Of a stretch of 51,406 bases of DNA, positions 8,617 through 21,900 are shown in pieces. The position numbers and the translations under genes are program-made. The notes beneath the pieces are model-generated. The model was not told the origin of the DNA and ran no database searches. It saw only the letters and a program-made list of their open reading frames with translations. Source of the DNA: an uncultured bacterium (lineage in GTDB: Bacteria > Bacillota_I > Bacilli_A > RF39 > UBA660); NCBI GenBank assembly GCA_946643435.1, contig CAMPCD010000005.1:1-51406 (forward strand), given 5' to 3'. How positions within the stretch are numbered: position 1 is the first letter of the stretch; every line of letters begins with the position of its first letter.

Positions 8617-10068
8617 TTAAACGCTAAATTTTTGATATAAATCAATTGAAACATCTCTATCATTATATTTAGCATCTTTTAGATACAATTTGTAATTTTG
8701 AGATAAAGGCATTTTGATTTTTCCTTTAAATCCATTTTCAGTCTTAGCACTATCAATATTTATTTCAACTTGATCATAATAAACGTTATTACTGCTTATT
8801 GCAATAAATCCTTTTGATAAATAATATCCTTCATGCATTTTAAATGTGAAATAAACATACCCACCAACACCTATTTTATCTATAGTTAATTCTAAAGATT
8901 CTTTGGTAGTTCTAGATATAATTGAATCTTCAATATTATCATATAGTTTCTTGTTATCATCAGAATCAGTTACAACTTCAATATATCCTAATACAATTGA
9001 ATACTCACTTTTAGGAGATAAACCACTAATTCTGTAGGTAGTTTGATATTTATCTAATAAGTATTTTTTAGTTTGGTTTGTTCCGTCTATTTCACCAGTA
9101 ACTAATAAATAAACTGCTTGATATTTGTTTTCAGGATCAATAACGTAGTAGGAAATATCGATGTAAGTAGAATATGAAATCGATCCTCTTAAACTTACTC
9201 TCTTAGTTAATGGAGTTTTGTTATCAGCAGATTTACCATTATTAGATGGTGTTGTTACAACTGAAGTATTAGAAGAAATTTTACCAACTTCAATAACATT
9301 ATTAGTTGCATAATGGGAGAAATCATTTACTAGTGCATTATAAGATTCAGATAATTTTTCATCATCTAGTACTTTCTTAGGCTCAGGAATTAATCTTTCA
9401 ATATATTTGTTTGTACTTCCACCTATAGTTTTTAAATCAACCTCATTATCAGGTGTCGTTAATATTTCCTTTGCAACATCAAATGAATAATTAGCAAAAG
9501 TTAATACCATAGGATTTATAGTTTTTAATATAATTGAATCATTTAATAATGATGCATTACCATTTGTATCTATATCAACTTCAAGATAATTCTTCGCAAT
9601 TATTGTTTTATCAGATGAACTTATTTCATTAGCTATAATAAGGTATTTTCGATCTGATAGTTTAAAAAATGCCGGACTATTTAATGTATTTTCAATAAAA
9701 TTAGATTTATTTTCTGTAACATCTAAAGTTGAAAATACTTGATAATTATTTCCAAATATAAATAGTTTATTATTTAACTTGTTATAGATAACAAAATCTT
9801 CTCCAATTGAGTAGCTTTCGTTATTTCCATTTACAAAGGTAAAATTACCATTCCAATTTTTACGGATAGTTCCGCCTAAAGAAGTATCCAATAGTTGATA
9901 GTTTTCATCATAGAAAACATCATTACTATTTACACTATATACTTCTTTAGCGTTACCACCTGTTTTAATCATAGCATAAGCCATTGATATAATAATCAAT
10001 AGAATTATAGTGACAAATATAAATAATAATATTTTATTTTTTAAATTCAACTTTCTCACTTTAATCAC
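8617..10068 (-). CDS. Membrane-anchored protein with the shared N-terminal beta-rich domain and an FN3-like domain
   Basis: N-terminal basic stretch plus TM helix; YRISGLSPKSEYSIVL FN3-type motif; GTG start overlaps the upstream TGA. Confidence 0.75.
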   Translation of the reverse strand: MIKVRKLNLKNKILLFIFVTIILLIIISMAYAMIKTGGNAKEVYSVNSNDVFYDENYQLLDTSLGGTIRKNWNGNFTFVNGNNESYSIGEDFVIYNKLNNKLFIFGNNYQVFSTLDVTENKSNFIENTLNSPAFFKLSDRKYLIIANEISSSDKTIIAKNYLEVDIDTNGNASLLNDSIILKTINPMVLTFANYSFDVAKEILTTPDNEVDLKTIGGSTNKYIERLIPEPKKVLDDEKLSESYNALVNDFSHYATNNVIEVGKISSNTSVVTTPSNNGKSADNKTPLTKRVSLRGSISYSTYIDISYYVIDPENKYQAVYLLVTGEIDGTNQTKKYLLDKYQTTYRISGLSPKSEYSIVLGYIEVVTDSDDNKKLYDNIEDSIISRTTKESLELTIDKIGVGGYVYFTFKMHEGYYLSKGFIAISSNNVYYDQVEINIDSAKTENGFKGKIKMPLSQNYKLYLKDAKYNDRDVSIDLYQKFSV

Positions 10069-13000
10069 CTGTAATAATATCTTAATTCATCTTGAGCAAC
10101 AAGCGTCGATCCATTGTAATAATTTAACGTTACATAATACAAATAACCACTCTTAAACGATGGTGAATCAATATTTAATGTGTACTTAAATGCCTCAACA
10201 TTTGAATCGTACTCAAGATTAAATGTTCCTGAAGATGAATAATTGAATGATTCATTTTCATTAAATTGTGCTGTTACAGTATATATAACTTTTGTTATAT
10301 CTGTAATCTTATATGGATTGAAATAATAAATCGAGAAATTATTACCTTCACTATCATGTTCAATAACAGTATCACCAGTATCTACAACGTCACCAAATGT
10401 TAGCGATTTACTATATGGGGTCGTTGTATCAGCTTTACCTTTATTTTTAGTATCTGTTGCGATCTTTACAACAAAAGTATAAGTTTCACCAAATTGTAAT
10501 CCATTAGATTCATTAAATTCATATAATTTATATTTTTCAGATATATTATCATCATTTTCATTAATAATAACATTACCCGCTGAATCAACTAATTCATACG
10601 AATATTTACCACCAACTATAACGTAGCTTGGATCTACTATAGTTACTCTATATGATATTTTATCATTAGTTTTTGATGGTGTGATAGCAACCGTAGGCAT
10701 AGTTGGATCTCCTAAATTAAAATCATAAACTTTACTACCTAAAGTAATATCTTCTAATAAACCTTTATTATTTGTAATTGACCCAATTGGAGAAATTATA
10801 ATTCTATAATTAGTATTATATTTTATATTACCTTTTGCTGGATTAGCATCAATCTTAACACCCATTGTTGATGAGAAGAATGTTGAACTAGGTATATCTA
10901 CATTTACACTATTACATTCAGAATAATTGCTATTACATTCGAATAATTTATAAGCTATACTATTATAACCTTCTAGATAAGATAGATTATATGATATATT
11001 TAAATACTTATTATTATAAGATGTAGCTACCAAATTATACTTAAAGTTATCGATTCCTACATCTGTAAGTGTCTTAAATCTATATTTATTACCTGTTATA
11101 TTTCTAACAACATCATATAAGTAAGTCTTTTGATAAGTACCATCCACATTTACATATGTGTAAAACATTAAGTAATAGTTTGTAAAATAATTCAAATCAT
11201 TAATTGTAAATGGTTGATTAAACTCATTATAATCCATCTTTAAAGTCTTTACTAACTTCTCATTTCTTCCATCTGAATCAGTTTGATATAAATCTACGTA
11301 TACTAAATTATCTTTAATATCTAGTTTATCAAACCAACTTAATTCTGCATTTACTATTGCTGAATTTAATAATGAAGTAATATTTAATTTTGTTTGAGAT
11401 TCATTATACAAATTAATAGCAGGAAGTATAGAATCAAACACTAACACATCATCTGATTTGATTTCCTTAGAGTCAAGAGTCTTGATAACAATGCTATTAT
11501 TATCTAGTAATAGGCCTTTATTTGTTGGAATTAAATCAAATGTAGATTGGTTTACAAATAATCTATTATTTTCTTTATCAAATCTTGTATCATAAATTTC
11601 TCTTACATCAGTAGATTGTTCAATTTTACCATTATTTTGATTTATGAATAAGTAATTATTTGCTTTAGCTCCACCAATTTGGATTACACCATTAGTAGTC
11701 TTATTAGTCATTCTAAATTGTCCGGAGTCATACTCGATTTTTACCTTAACAGTAAATTCTTTTCCTAATATGCTATAAATATCATATAAAGGAATATATA
11801 TAGAAGATCCTGTTAATGTTAAATTATCTAAGGTTAAACTTTGAGAAGAATCCGTTGGAGTAATTTCAACTGATATTTTATAAATATTTTTGAATAATTC
11901 TACATAATTTAGATAGTTTGTAAATTCAATTTCTAATCTATTATTTTGAATTGAAGCTGTATAGTTCAAATTAGAAAAATCAGTAAAAGGATAATTGTAT
12001 TGTTGATATACAGTTAACATAGAACCATTTTTAGCCTCTTTAAGATATTTAACTCTTATTTTATAATTCTCTACTTCACCAGGTCTTAGTCTATAAATAC
12101 CAATACCCTTATATTCGTCAGTATTCTCTATTTGAGCTCTAAGATCATATGAATAAATATTAACACCATTACCACTAATATAATATAAATACTTAATGCC
12201 ATTATCTATATATATAGCATTATCTATATCAGATAATTTATAATTAGCCCACGCAGTAAAGAAATTAGAGTCTTCATTAGAAAGAGTATAAGACTCTAAA
12301 AACATAACAAAGTTAGGAGCTTGTTTGTATATAGAGAATTCTGAACTTCTTAATTCAACACCTGATTCAATAATGTCTGGATAAGTAGCTATATCAGGTA
12401 ATCCATCATTATCTTGATCATATTCAAGGAATACTTTATATGTAAAATAATACTTATTACCTCTTCTTAACATATCAGTATCTAGATCATCGTTTGTACC
12501 ATATCCAACATTATATATTGCTGGTGGAAGAACGCCATCAACAAAATCGACTGTTCTAGTTAAATTATCTAACTTGATATACTTATCAGAAGTTTGATCA
12601 TATTCATATACATAATATTCTACATATTTTCCATAACCAGAAGAGTTATCAAAATCAGCTAATATACTATAGCCAACTGTTGTATTTGGTTCTAAGTTAT
12701 CATCATATGGAATATTAAATGAAGACGCTACTTTATTTTTTATTTCAGTAATTGCTACTGCATCATTAACATCAGCAGGTAAAGATGGTAGCAAGTTATT
12801 TATTTTGAACGAGAATGTGTCATTAACAATCTTAATCTCATTCTTATACTTAGTATAATCATAAACATCACTTATCTTTACAGTATAAACTTTACTAGTT
12901 AGTGATGAATTTCTTGTATTAAAAGTCTTTGGCGTAATATTAGTTGTAGCATCATACAAAGTATCTTTAATTGTACTTTCATAATCATTTGAATTTTCAT

Positions 13001-15383
13001 CAATTATTTTTGTCCAAACTGCAGCTTTACCATCAGTAGTTGAACCTTCATACAATGTTAATCTTAATTCTGATATAGTACTAGCCTCTAATTGTGCTTT
13101 ATCATTTACTAAACCAAGATTAAATGAAAATAAATTTGTGAAGTCTGCATTAGTTGAATATATAGCAGTCAACTCTTGAGGTTCACCAGTTTGGCAAGTC
13201 ACACTACCAATATAAACATTTGGAGTAGAGCCATTACCATCTTGTAAGTTTATTGTTGTATAAACATCAAAAGTATAAGTTTCATTCGCTCTTAATCCAT
13301 TTACATCAATAGGTAAAGTATTTGTAGATGTATCTGCATATGTAGTTAAACTTGTATACTCGCCTAAAGAGTTTTTATAGATAATTGTATACTTTGAATC
13401 CATAATTGTACTAGATGGATCATCTATAATTATTGCTCCTGTTATTCTTTCCCAAGTCACATTAGACTCAGTAAATCTCAAAGTAGGAAAAGCAACTCCA
13501 TCAAGTTTCATATTTTTGCCTAACGAGAATACACTTTCAACATACTTCTCATTATCATATGATGTAACAATTAATCTATATGTATAAGAAACACCTCTAA
13601 ATAATGTCACATCATCTACTTTGACATCAAATTCAGCTGGATTATCTTTTTCAATTACAGCTATAGGCGCCGCTACTTCCATATTGTTTTTAGTATCATA
13701 TATTTCATACCTATAAGATGTAATACTCTTATCATCATCTATAATATCACCTATAGATAATGAGAATTTTGAATCTTTCTTATCAATTTTATAATCAAGT
13801 TTTCCAACAGTTGGATTATTCTTTAATGTATAAATATCTTTTGATATTTCAAATCCTTCATCTACCATTACACCATCAGAATAAATATCTGTTATTTTAA
13901 GTGTATATTTTGTATTGCTATCTAGCCCACCAAAATAGGAACTTACACTATTATTTCTTGCAAGATCTAGTGTCTCACTATTAACTATACTATCTCCTTT
14001 GTAAAGAATAAGCTTAGCTGAACTAACATTAGAATATGTTTCTTTTAAAACATCTACTTGTATACTATTTTGAGTAACAAAACCTTTAACTAAGTTAAGC
14101 CCAACAGATGGTGTTCTAAATATTTTAGTTACAAATGTTTTATCATAAGAGACATCACCTAACATGTATGTAGCTGAAGCATATAAAGTATATTCAGTAT
14201 CTGGTTTTAATCCAGCACATGAAACATATATATTATATGTTCCGATATCGAATAAACCGTTTTCACCTTTTGCAGGATAAACTGTCTCATTAGACGAATT
14301 TTCCACAATTGATACTTTAGTTTCACTTGTTAAAGTCGAATCATCATCTGTAACTTCTATCTTAGCATTGATTTGTAATGAGTCAACATCCAATTCAGTT
14401 ACTTTAAAAACAGGTTCTTTAGGATCTTTTTCATCAACAACAACTTCATTATTTGATGGAACTACAGATACTTCATCTTCATCACTATTCTGTTCATTAA
14501 AGTTTTTAGTGTTATCTCCTCTTATAATTGAATCAGAAACATCAGACTTTTCTATATCTAATTCTTCATCTTCTGGTTCTTCAATTGGTATAAGATCAAT
14601 GTTACTATTCATATCCATAACCAAGTTAGATAAAGTAATATAATTAGTACTATCTTTAGCTATTAATTGGCTATTTAAATCTATAGATATATTTTTTGTT
14701 GTTATAGATTGTCCTTGAGCAATTGTTTTCATTGATTTGTTAGCATTATAAACTTGAACAACTTTATTGTCTAAATACTCAAAGTAAACATAATTACCGA
14801 AATCAGTCAACTTATCTCCATCAGTTATTAAACAAATGTTTTCAGATAACAAAAGATATTTATTTTCACTTACTCTAATAAGCATTGTTCCAAAATTAAT
14901 ATCTTCACCATTATATGATGTAATGTAATAATTATTACCATTACTATTTATAATACTATTTTTATAGATATTATAATAAATTATTATTGGATTAGAAATT
15001 GTGTCTAAATCAATTCCTACCATATTATTTAATGCCAAATATGTTCCATTAGCATAATGAACAATATTTTCTGTGCTAATTGAAACATTTTTATCAGCTG
15101 TATCAAAAGTCACAGCATCTTTATATTTTTTATAAGAATATTTAGTACCATTTGTAAACGTATAAGTCTTAACCCCTGTGCTTTCTTTATCAAGTAAAAT
15201 TGCAAAGCCATCACTCAAAAAATTTCTTGTTTCACCTATACTATTACTTATTGCATAGTAGATAAAACCTACTGCTGCAACTAGTAATAAAATGATAACT
15301 AATATTGATATTGGTTTAATAAAGTTTCTTTTTTCATCGTGTCTCATAATATTGTCTCTAACCTTCCTACAATATATTATCAT
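10065..15383 (-). CDS. Giant membrane-anchored surface protein with tandem FN3/Ig-like domains (1772 aa; start may be 15347)
   Basis: N-terminal TM, acidic linker, repeated GLKPDTEY, GLDSNTKY, GLRANETY, DLNYFTNY, GLQFGETY motifs. Confidence 0.8.
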   Translation of the reverse strand: MIIYCRKVRDNIMRHDEKRNFIKPISILVIILLLVAAVGFIYYAISNSIGETRNFLSDGFAILLDKESTGVKTYTFTNGTKYSYKKYKDAVTFDTADKNVSISTENIVHYANGTYLALNNMVGIDLDTISNPIIIYYNIYKNSIINSNGNNYYITSYNGEDINFGTMLIRVSENKYLLLSENICLITDGDKLTDFGNYVYFEYLDNKVVQVYNANKSMKTIAQGQSITTKNISIDLNSQLIAKDSTNYITLSNLVMDMNSNIDLIPIEEPEDEELDIEKSDVSDSIIRGDNTKNFNEQNSDEDEVSVVPSNNEVVVDEKDPKEPVFKVTELDVDSLQINAKIEVTDDDSTLTSETKVSIVENSSNETVYPAKGENGLFDIGTYNIYVSCAGLKPDTEYTLYASATYMLGDVSYDKTFVTKIFRTPSVGLNLVKGFVTQNSIQVDVLKETYSNVSSAKLILYKGDSIVNSETLDLARNNSVSSYFGGLDSNTKYTLKITDIYSDGVMVDEGFEISKDIYTLKNNPTVGKLDYKIDKKDSKFSLSIGDIIDDDKSITSYRYEIYDTKNNMEVAAPIAVIEKDNPAEFDVKVDDVTLFRGVSYTYRLIVTSYDNEKYVESVFSLGKNMKLDGVAFPTLRFTESNVTWERITGAIIIDDPSSTIMDSKYTIIYKNSLGEYTSLTTYADTSTNTLPIDVNGLRANETYTFDVYTTINLQDGNGSTPNVYIGSVTCQTGEPQELTAIYSTNADFTNLFSFNLGLVNDKAQLEASTISELRLTLYEGSTTDGKAAVWTKIIDENSNDYESTIKDTLYDATTNITPKTFNTRNSSLTSKVYTVKISDVYDYTKYKNEIKIVNDTFSFKINNLLPSLPADVNDAVAITEIKNKVASSFNIPYDDNLEPNTTVGYSILADFDNSSGYGKYVEYYVYEYDQTSDKYIKLDNLTRTVDFVDGVLPPAIYNVGYGTNDDLDTDMLRRGNKYYFTYKVFLEYDQDNDGLPDIATYPDIIESGVELRSSEFSIYKQAPNFVMFLESYTLSNEDSNFFTAWANYKLSDIDNAIYIDNGIKYLYYISGNGVNIYSYDLRAQIENTDEYKGIGIYRLRPGEVENYKIRVKYLKEAKNGSMLTVYQQYNYPFTDFSNLNYTASIQNNRLEIEFTNYLNYVELFKNIYKISVEITPTDSSQSLTLDNLTLTGSSIYIPLYDIYSILGKEFTVKVKIEYDSGQFRMTNKTTNGVIQIGGAKANNYLFINQNNGKIEQSTDVREIYDTRFDKENNRLFVNQSTFDLIPTNKGLLLDNNSIVIKTLDSKEIKSDDVLVFDSILPAINLYNESQTKLNITSLLNSAIVNAELSWFDKLDIKDNLVYVDLYQTDSDGRNEKLVKTLKMDYNEFNQPFTINDLNYFTNYYLMFYTYVNVDGTYQKTYLYDVVRNITGNKYRFKTLTDVGIDNFKYNLVATSYNNKYLNISYNLSYLEGYNSIAYKLFECNSNYSECNSVNVDIPSSTFFSSTMGVKIDANPAKGNIKYNTNYRIIISPIGSITNNKGLLEDITLGSKVYDFNLGDPTMPTVAITPSKTNDKISYRVTIVDPSYVIVGGKYSYELVDSAGNVIINENDDNISEKYKLYEFNESNGLQFGETYTFVVKIATDTKNKGKADTTTPYSKSLTFGDVVDTGDTVIEHDSEGNNFSIYYFNPYKITDITKVIYTVTAQFNENESFNYSSSGTFNLEYDSNVEAFKYTLNIDSPSFKSGYLYYVTLNYYNGSTLVAQDELRYYYR

Positions 15384-15404
15384 TTATATAAATATATTAC
15401 AATA

Positions 15405-15914
15405 TTATATATGATTTAAAATTTCGCTTTCTAATTCTTTATTATTATCACCTACAATAAAGTAATAATAATCATCAGTTTTTACCTTGATTGTATTTTT
15501 ATAATTATTTATTAATTTATCATTATTTGAACGATTTATAACTGCATCAATCATACCATTAATTAAAAAATAACTCTCATCAAATGATGTGCTATCCTCT
15601 CTTAAAACCATAATGAACATTGAATCAGGATATTCAGTTTCTTCAGTTTCTGAATTAATAGGCATTTCAGAAGTAAAGAATAAGCTATTAGGAATACTAA
15701 ACGAATCAATTCCGAAAAGTTGTAATACATCAAATCGATCTATCTCATCTAAATCTTCAATATAGTTTTGAGTTCTTATATAGCTTTTTATATTTCCTAG
15801 TTGTTCTACACTAATAACAGTCTTATGTTTAGTAGGAATGATTAAAGCAATCACTCCTACTACTACTAAAACTGTGATTATTGAACAAATAATAATTTTT
15901 TTATTTAGTTTCAT
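15405..15914 (-). CDS. Small membrane-anchored protein (possibly DUF4358-like)
   Basis: Start at MKLNKK (ATG 15914 after AAGGA); single N-terminal TM; C-terminal DDYYYFIVGDN. Family call is tentative. Confidence 0.6.
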   Translation of the reverse strand: MKLNKKIIICSIITVLVVVGVIALIIPTKHKTVISVEQLGNIKSYIRTQNYIEDLDEIDRFDVLQLFGIDSFSIPNSLFFTSEMPINSETEETEYPDSMFIMVLREDSTSFDESYFLINGMIDAVINRSNNDKLINNYKNTIKVKTDDYYYFIVGDNNKELESEILNHI

Positions 15915-18900
15915 TATTTTTCCTTCTTTCAAATAATCTAATAAATATGCTTAAATTTATAAGAATAATAATTAACATAGTTATTAATATAGAATTTCTA
16001 TTATTAAATAATTTACTATTAGTTTTATTATCATAACTACGTTTTAATGTAGCATTGCCTACTATTTTTTGATATTCATTTATCACATCGTCATCAGCTA
16101 ATAAATTAGCTACACTATACACTTCATATTTGTTGCTAGATGATAATGATACTACATACTTATTATTGATAGACGAATTATTAACGATTGATGTATTTAA
16201 ATAATTTCCATTTTCATCATATTCATCATCTGTAAAAATAAGATTAGTATAATCATCATATTTAGAATAGTATTGATCAACTATTTCATTATTAGCATTT
16301 TCTATGAAATCTATAACTTTAGATGTTTCCTTATATGAGTCATCATAAGTTGAAGATAGGTTAACATCAATAAATGAAGTTTTAAAGAATGATGTTAATG
16401 ATACCACTGGGAATGATGAACTCCTATATAATACATTTCCATTAGTATAATCAAATACTACTACTGTTGCATTATCATATCTAACCATCATTATAGGATT
16501 ATCACTTTCTGAATCACCTATTATTTCTATTATATTTGAATTTAAGAATTGATTAGGTAATTTAATGTTATTTTGAATAGAATAAATATTATTAGTTTTA
16601 CTTAATACTATTTGATATTCTTTATTATTATAATAATTAAAGACGATATTATTCTTAATATAGTTATCATGGTTAAACATATATAAATAATTATTCTTAA
16701 ATAATAATTGACCATCCCTAATAGTAACATTACCATCACTATCATATATTTTTGTAAATGTTAGATAAGTTTCAATAAATTTAGTATCAATCGTTGCAGT
16801 TGAAATAGGAATATCAAACGCTACAAATCCTTCTCTACGATAATAGTCTTGATACTCATTATCATTTATAACATATACTTTGTGATCACTACTTAAAGCA
16901 AGACCATCTTTTACATTAACTATATTATCGGCTATCTTTTCATCTTTTTCATATAATGATGAATCTTTAATATAGTAATACTTATTACCATATATGCTTA
17001 ATGTATTAGATAACTCATCAGAACTATAAGTATGTTCATATGTTGAGAATGAATCTTTCAAGCGTATTGTTATATCATCATCATATTCATAATATAATGA
17101 TAATATATTATCTTCTACATCAGTTGTATAAGTATTACCATGATAGTCATACTCGAATTTTAAATCTGGTGTATAATTAGTAAATTCAACATTAAGTGTA
17201 TCAATACCACTTGAATATATCTTATATGAATCTTCATTTAATTCAACCATACTTAATGGACTATAAGATAATCTTCTAGCACCTAATAAAGAATTGTTTA
17301 TAGAAGTAGTTCCAGGTAAAGGAATTAATTTTTGTTCTTTATATACTTCAGTATTTGTTGGTTGAATTAATTTAGGATATGAGTATCCTCCATTATCTTC
17401 ATAGCTTGTAAGATTATAATAAACTTTCAAACTATCTCTATTTAAAGGAGTACCTAAATCATATAATTGTCTTACTTCTGAATCAGATAAAGCCACATTA
17501 TAGTATTGGAAAGCTTTAATACGTCCAACATATCCTTGATATGTGTTAGGATTTGGTCTTGTTCCGATATATATATTGGAATTACCAGTACTAAGAATTT
17601 TATAATTCTTAATTGTGCCTATCTTTTTACCGTCTATGAATAATTTTAGTTCTGAACTATTCCATGAAATAGTTAACTGATAATCTCTATTATTTGATGT
17701 TACATATTGGAAGTTTTTATCACCATTATTAGTACTTAGATATATTCTACCCCATCTATATTTAAGGTAAATATATTTACCATTCGCATCAACTGCATAA
17801 AATAAATCAGATAATTCCTTTTGAACTGATATATCTAATAAGTTGAATGATATTGTAGCTTGATTAGCTATAGGCAATTGATTAATTTTAATATAACTAT
17901 TATCACCATCGAATAAGAAACCATTCTTACCATAGTTATCTACTACAGCATTTCCTGTATATCCATTATTAGATAAATCTTCAACAGTGACATGCTTATC
18001 TTCGGATTTTAATGGTGAGTAATCCCAATAAGTTTCTCTAAAGTATAATACAGAACCATGAGATGATGAAGCAGCATTAGTTGAAAATGGTTTATTTGCC
18101 CATGTAACAACATCACGTATTTCATATTCATCTAATATCATTTGAGAGGAAGGAACGCCATAAGTATTATTAATCTCTGTAACCTTAACCGAATTAATAT
18201 TATCTGAATTATAAATACCTACAGATATATCACAATCACGATATACATCAAAATTATATTTACCAATATAGCCATTCCATTCAGTAGTACGAGAGTAATA
18301 ACTATTACTTCCAGTCAACTGTGAAACATAAGAACCATCAGGTCTATATATTGCTATGAAAGCTACATTAGTTTGAATATAGTTCGAATCAAATTCTATT
18401 ATATATTTATGCCCAGCTTTTAATCTGATTTTTTCTGTATAAACAGCATTCATATTACTTGAGTTTGTCGTAGGAACTCCACTTGAAAGGTAACCTTTAT
18501 AAAAAGTATCAACAGTAAACGTTCTATACACATCATTATCCTCTGTAATAAGATCACTAACCTTAGTACCATTTAAAGAGGTATCCTTATATATACCCAT
18601 TCTACCCATTTTGAAGAATGATGTATTATGAGAGTCTCCAGTAAATAAACCAATGGAATCATCATTAGATGTTACATGTACATCCATATAGTTACTTGCA
18701 TTTTGGTCTGGATAAACTAAATCAACATTTGAACGTCCTATTAAGCCACCAGCACTACTCTTAGCACCAACATTTACATCTTCGAGAGATAAATAATACA
18801 TTTTCACTCCGCCGATTGATGTCTCACTATTTTTATTTGCATCATACCCTATTACTCCACCAGCAGATAAGTTAGCATTTACTGTGGTTCTAGAAATTAT

Positions 18901-21900
18901 ATTGTCATGATAATCTTCAAGAGTATCTACACCTGTTTCACCAATTAAACCACCAACGTTAACGTCACCAGTTACTGTAGTGTTATCAATATATGTATAA
19001 GCTAATGTACCTCTATTGATATATCCCATTACTCCACCAGTATCTCTTCCTAAAGAAGTAACAATACAATCTATTACAGCACTATTTTGTAATCCTGAAG
19101 AATCTCCAGCAGTATGTGAATATCCACCTAAACCTCCCAAGTATTTAGTTGTTGATGAAAGTCCAGTTATTTTTGAATTCTTAACTAAATAATAATTACT
19201 ATATGATCTAGGTGAGGATTGCATACCTTCTTGTCTAGCTCCAAATATACCACCGATACGTTCACCAGAACCAGATATTCTACTATCATAAACTGATACA
19301 TTTTCAAAAGGTCTATTAATTTTGAAAGCTACATATAGATAACCATAAACTCCTCCAACATACGATGTACCTGTTACATCTACATTAGTTACTTCAGCTT
19401 CATCTAGCCATCCTTTACCAATAATTCCACCAACATAATTTGTACCTTTTATGTTAGAATCACTGATTTTATATTTATTAAAATAACCTATAGAGTTTGT
19501 ACTCATTTGAGAAAATATACCACCTATATATTGACTACCAATTATAGTCATATTTTTAGCTGTAATATTTTTATAGTTCTTTTCACCAGGACCTATATTA
19601 ACTATAAATCCGGAAGTAAAATTAGCTCCTGAAACAGTTATACCATCCAATTTAATATTATTTACTTCTGCACCATTCATATTAGTAATTAATCCAGTAT
19701 TACCACTATTATTATTCTTTTTACTAATATTAATATTATAGAAATCACAATTTTCTACATTACCATTAACAGTACCAATCAAACCATAATATTGAGTACC
19801 AGAAGTAGACTTATTATAAATAGTAATATTTCTAAAAGAAATATTTTTTAGTTCTGTATTTATACTTGATATTAACGATAAATTATAATCTTTAGAATTA
19901 AATACTATATCTATACCCTTAAGAGTGTAATTATGATCATCACTATCTGTTACTAGCCTATTAAATACAACACCTGATTGTACTGTCTTACCAGTAAAAT
20001 CAATATCGTTAGCTAAAATATAGTTTTCGTAATCAGTAGTACTTATATTATTCCAATCTTCTACTGTAGATAAGTACTTATAGAATGAAGCTTCTATTTT
20101 TCTTTCTTTATATGATTTTTGTTCTTCACCATTATTATCTACATAATTAATACCAGTTATTTGATAACTATCGTAGAACTTTTCAGGAGTAGCTCTTAAT
20201 TGTAAAGTTGTCTTTCCTTCATTAGTAAAGATTGCTTCAGTACTCACATTTAATCCAGAAATATCAACAGACTTAACATCATAATTGTTTGGATTATCTA
20301 AAGTCATAACTATAAATAAATAATCAGGATTTTTTGTTGTAGACAATGATTCTATCGGCAAGATATCTATAGGAATTTCATTATCAATTTGATTTGGCAA
20401 ATACTCTTGTCTATCTGAGTAATATAGTTTTGGTAATTGATTATAATTTACATTTAAATCATAATTACCATTACTTAATACTTCTCCAATTAGATTTTCG
20501 CTATATAGTTTATCCTTAGTAACTAAAGTTTCACCATGAGATATATAAGCATTTGGATCATATTCCCCATCTACATAAGAATCTTTTAAAGCATAGTTTG
20601 AAGCAGAAACACCATCATTAGGTAATATTTTACCAAATGATAAACCTGAGTTCTTTCCATATACATTACCAACGTATAAATTGCTATCAACATCTTCAAT
20701 ATAATTATTATTAAAGTTACCTGCGATACCACCATATAAATTACCACCAGAAGAAATATTTACAGCAGAATAGCAGTTTTTAATTCTACCAGCATAACTT
20801 CCAGCAATACCACCAGTATTAATACCATTAGATGAAATATTACCAATTGCATATACATCAAGGATATTACCAGATGCAGTATTATCACCACCAAGAATTA
20901 GTCCAATACCCGAAACTGATAAAGTATTATCTGCAGTAATATTAACATTTCTAGCATACGAATTTCTTATAGTTAAACCGGAACCAGTTCCATTAAATGA
21001 ACCAGCATAAAGATTTGTTGCTTTAGCTGTAACAATAATATTAACATCAACTATACTACTATTTTGAATAGTTGAGTATGAAGCATAACCTGACATTATA
21101 CCTAAATTATTAGTTGATTTATTCTCACGAGCACTTCCGCATTCTATTTTTCCACCTTTTATATGAACGTTATCTACTAAACTTTGTTTTTGAATAGTAC
21201 CAATTAGTAAACCAACATTATCTTGATTCATTGTATTAGTAATATTTTCTACATATAAATTTTTAATAGTACCACTTAAATAAGATATCAAACCACTATT
21301 GCCCATATTATCCATATATATATTTTTTATAGTATGTCCATTACCATTAAGAGTGCCATAGAAATAAGATATATTATAGTTCTTACTTTCACCTAAGAAA
21401 TCAATATCAGCCATTAATATATAATTCTCATTATTACTATTATTAATATTAATCCAATCTTTTGTATTATATATTTCTCTATAGAAATCTACATTAATTG
21501 TTTTTTCATTATCTAAATATGTTTTTTCGTAAGTATATCCTAAGTAATCCATAGAGCTAACTTTTCTTACAGTATAGTTAGATACATAGATAGAAGGATT
21601 TAACATCTTTAGTTTTAACCTTGTAACACCATTTTCAAATTCTGATGAAATTATTTCAGTATCAACATTAGCAATATCAATTTTAGTAATAGTATTACCA
21701 TATGGATTTAATACTTCTACATCAAGAGTAGCTTCGTTATTTTTCTTATCTACTACCTTAGTAGAAACAATATCAACAATAGTATCTTCAGCTATTTTAG
21801 GTAATTCAACATATTCTTGTTTAGGCATTATTTCAGATGTATATACAACATGTGGATAGTAACCATATGTAACTGTATTTTGATAATCAAAATTATCATT

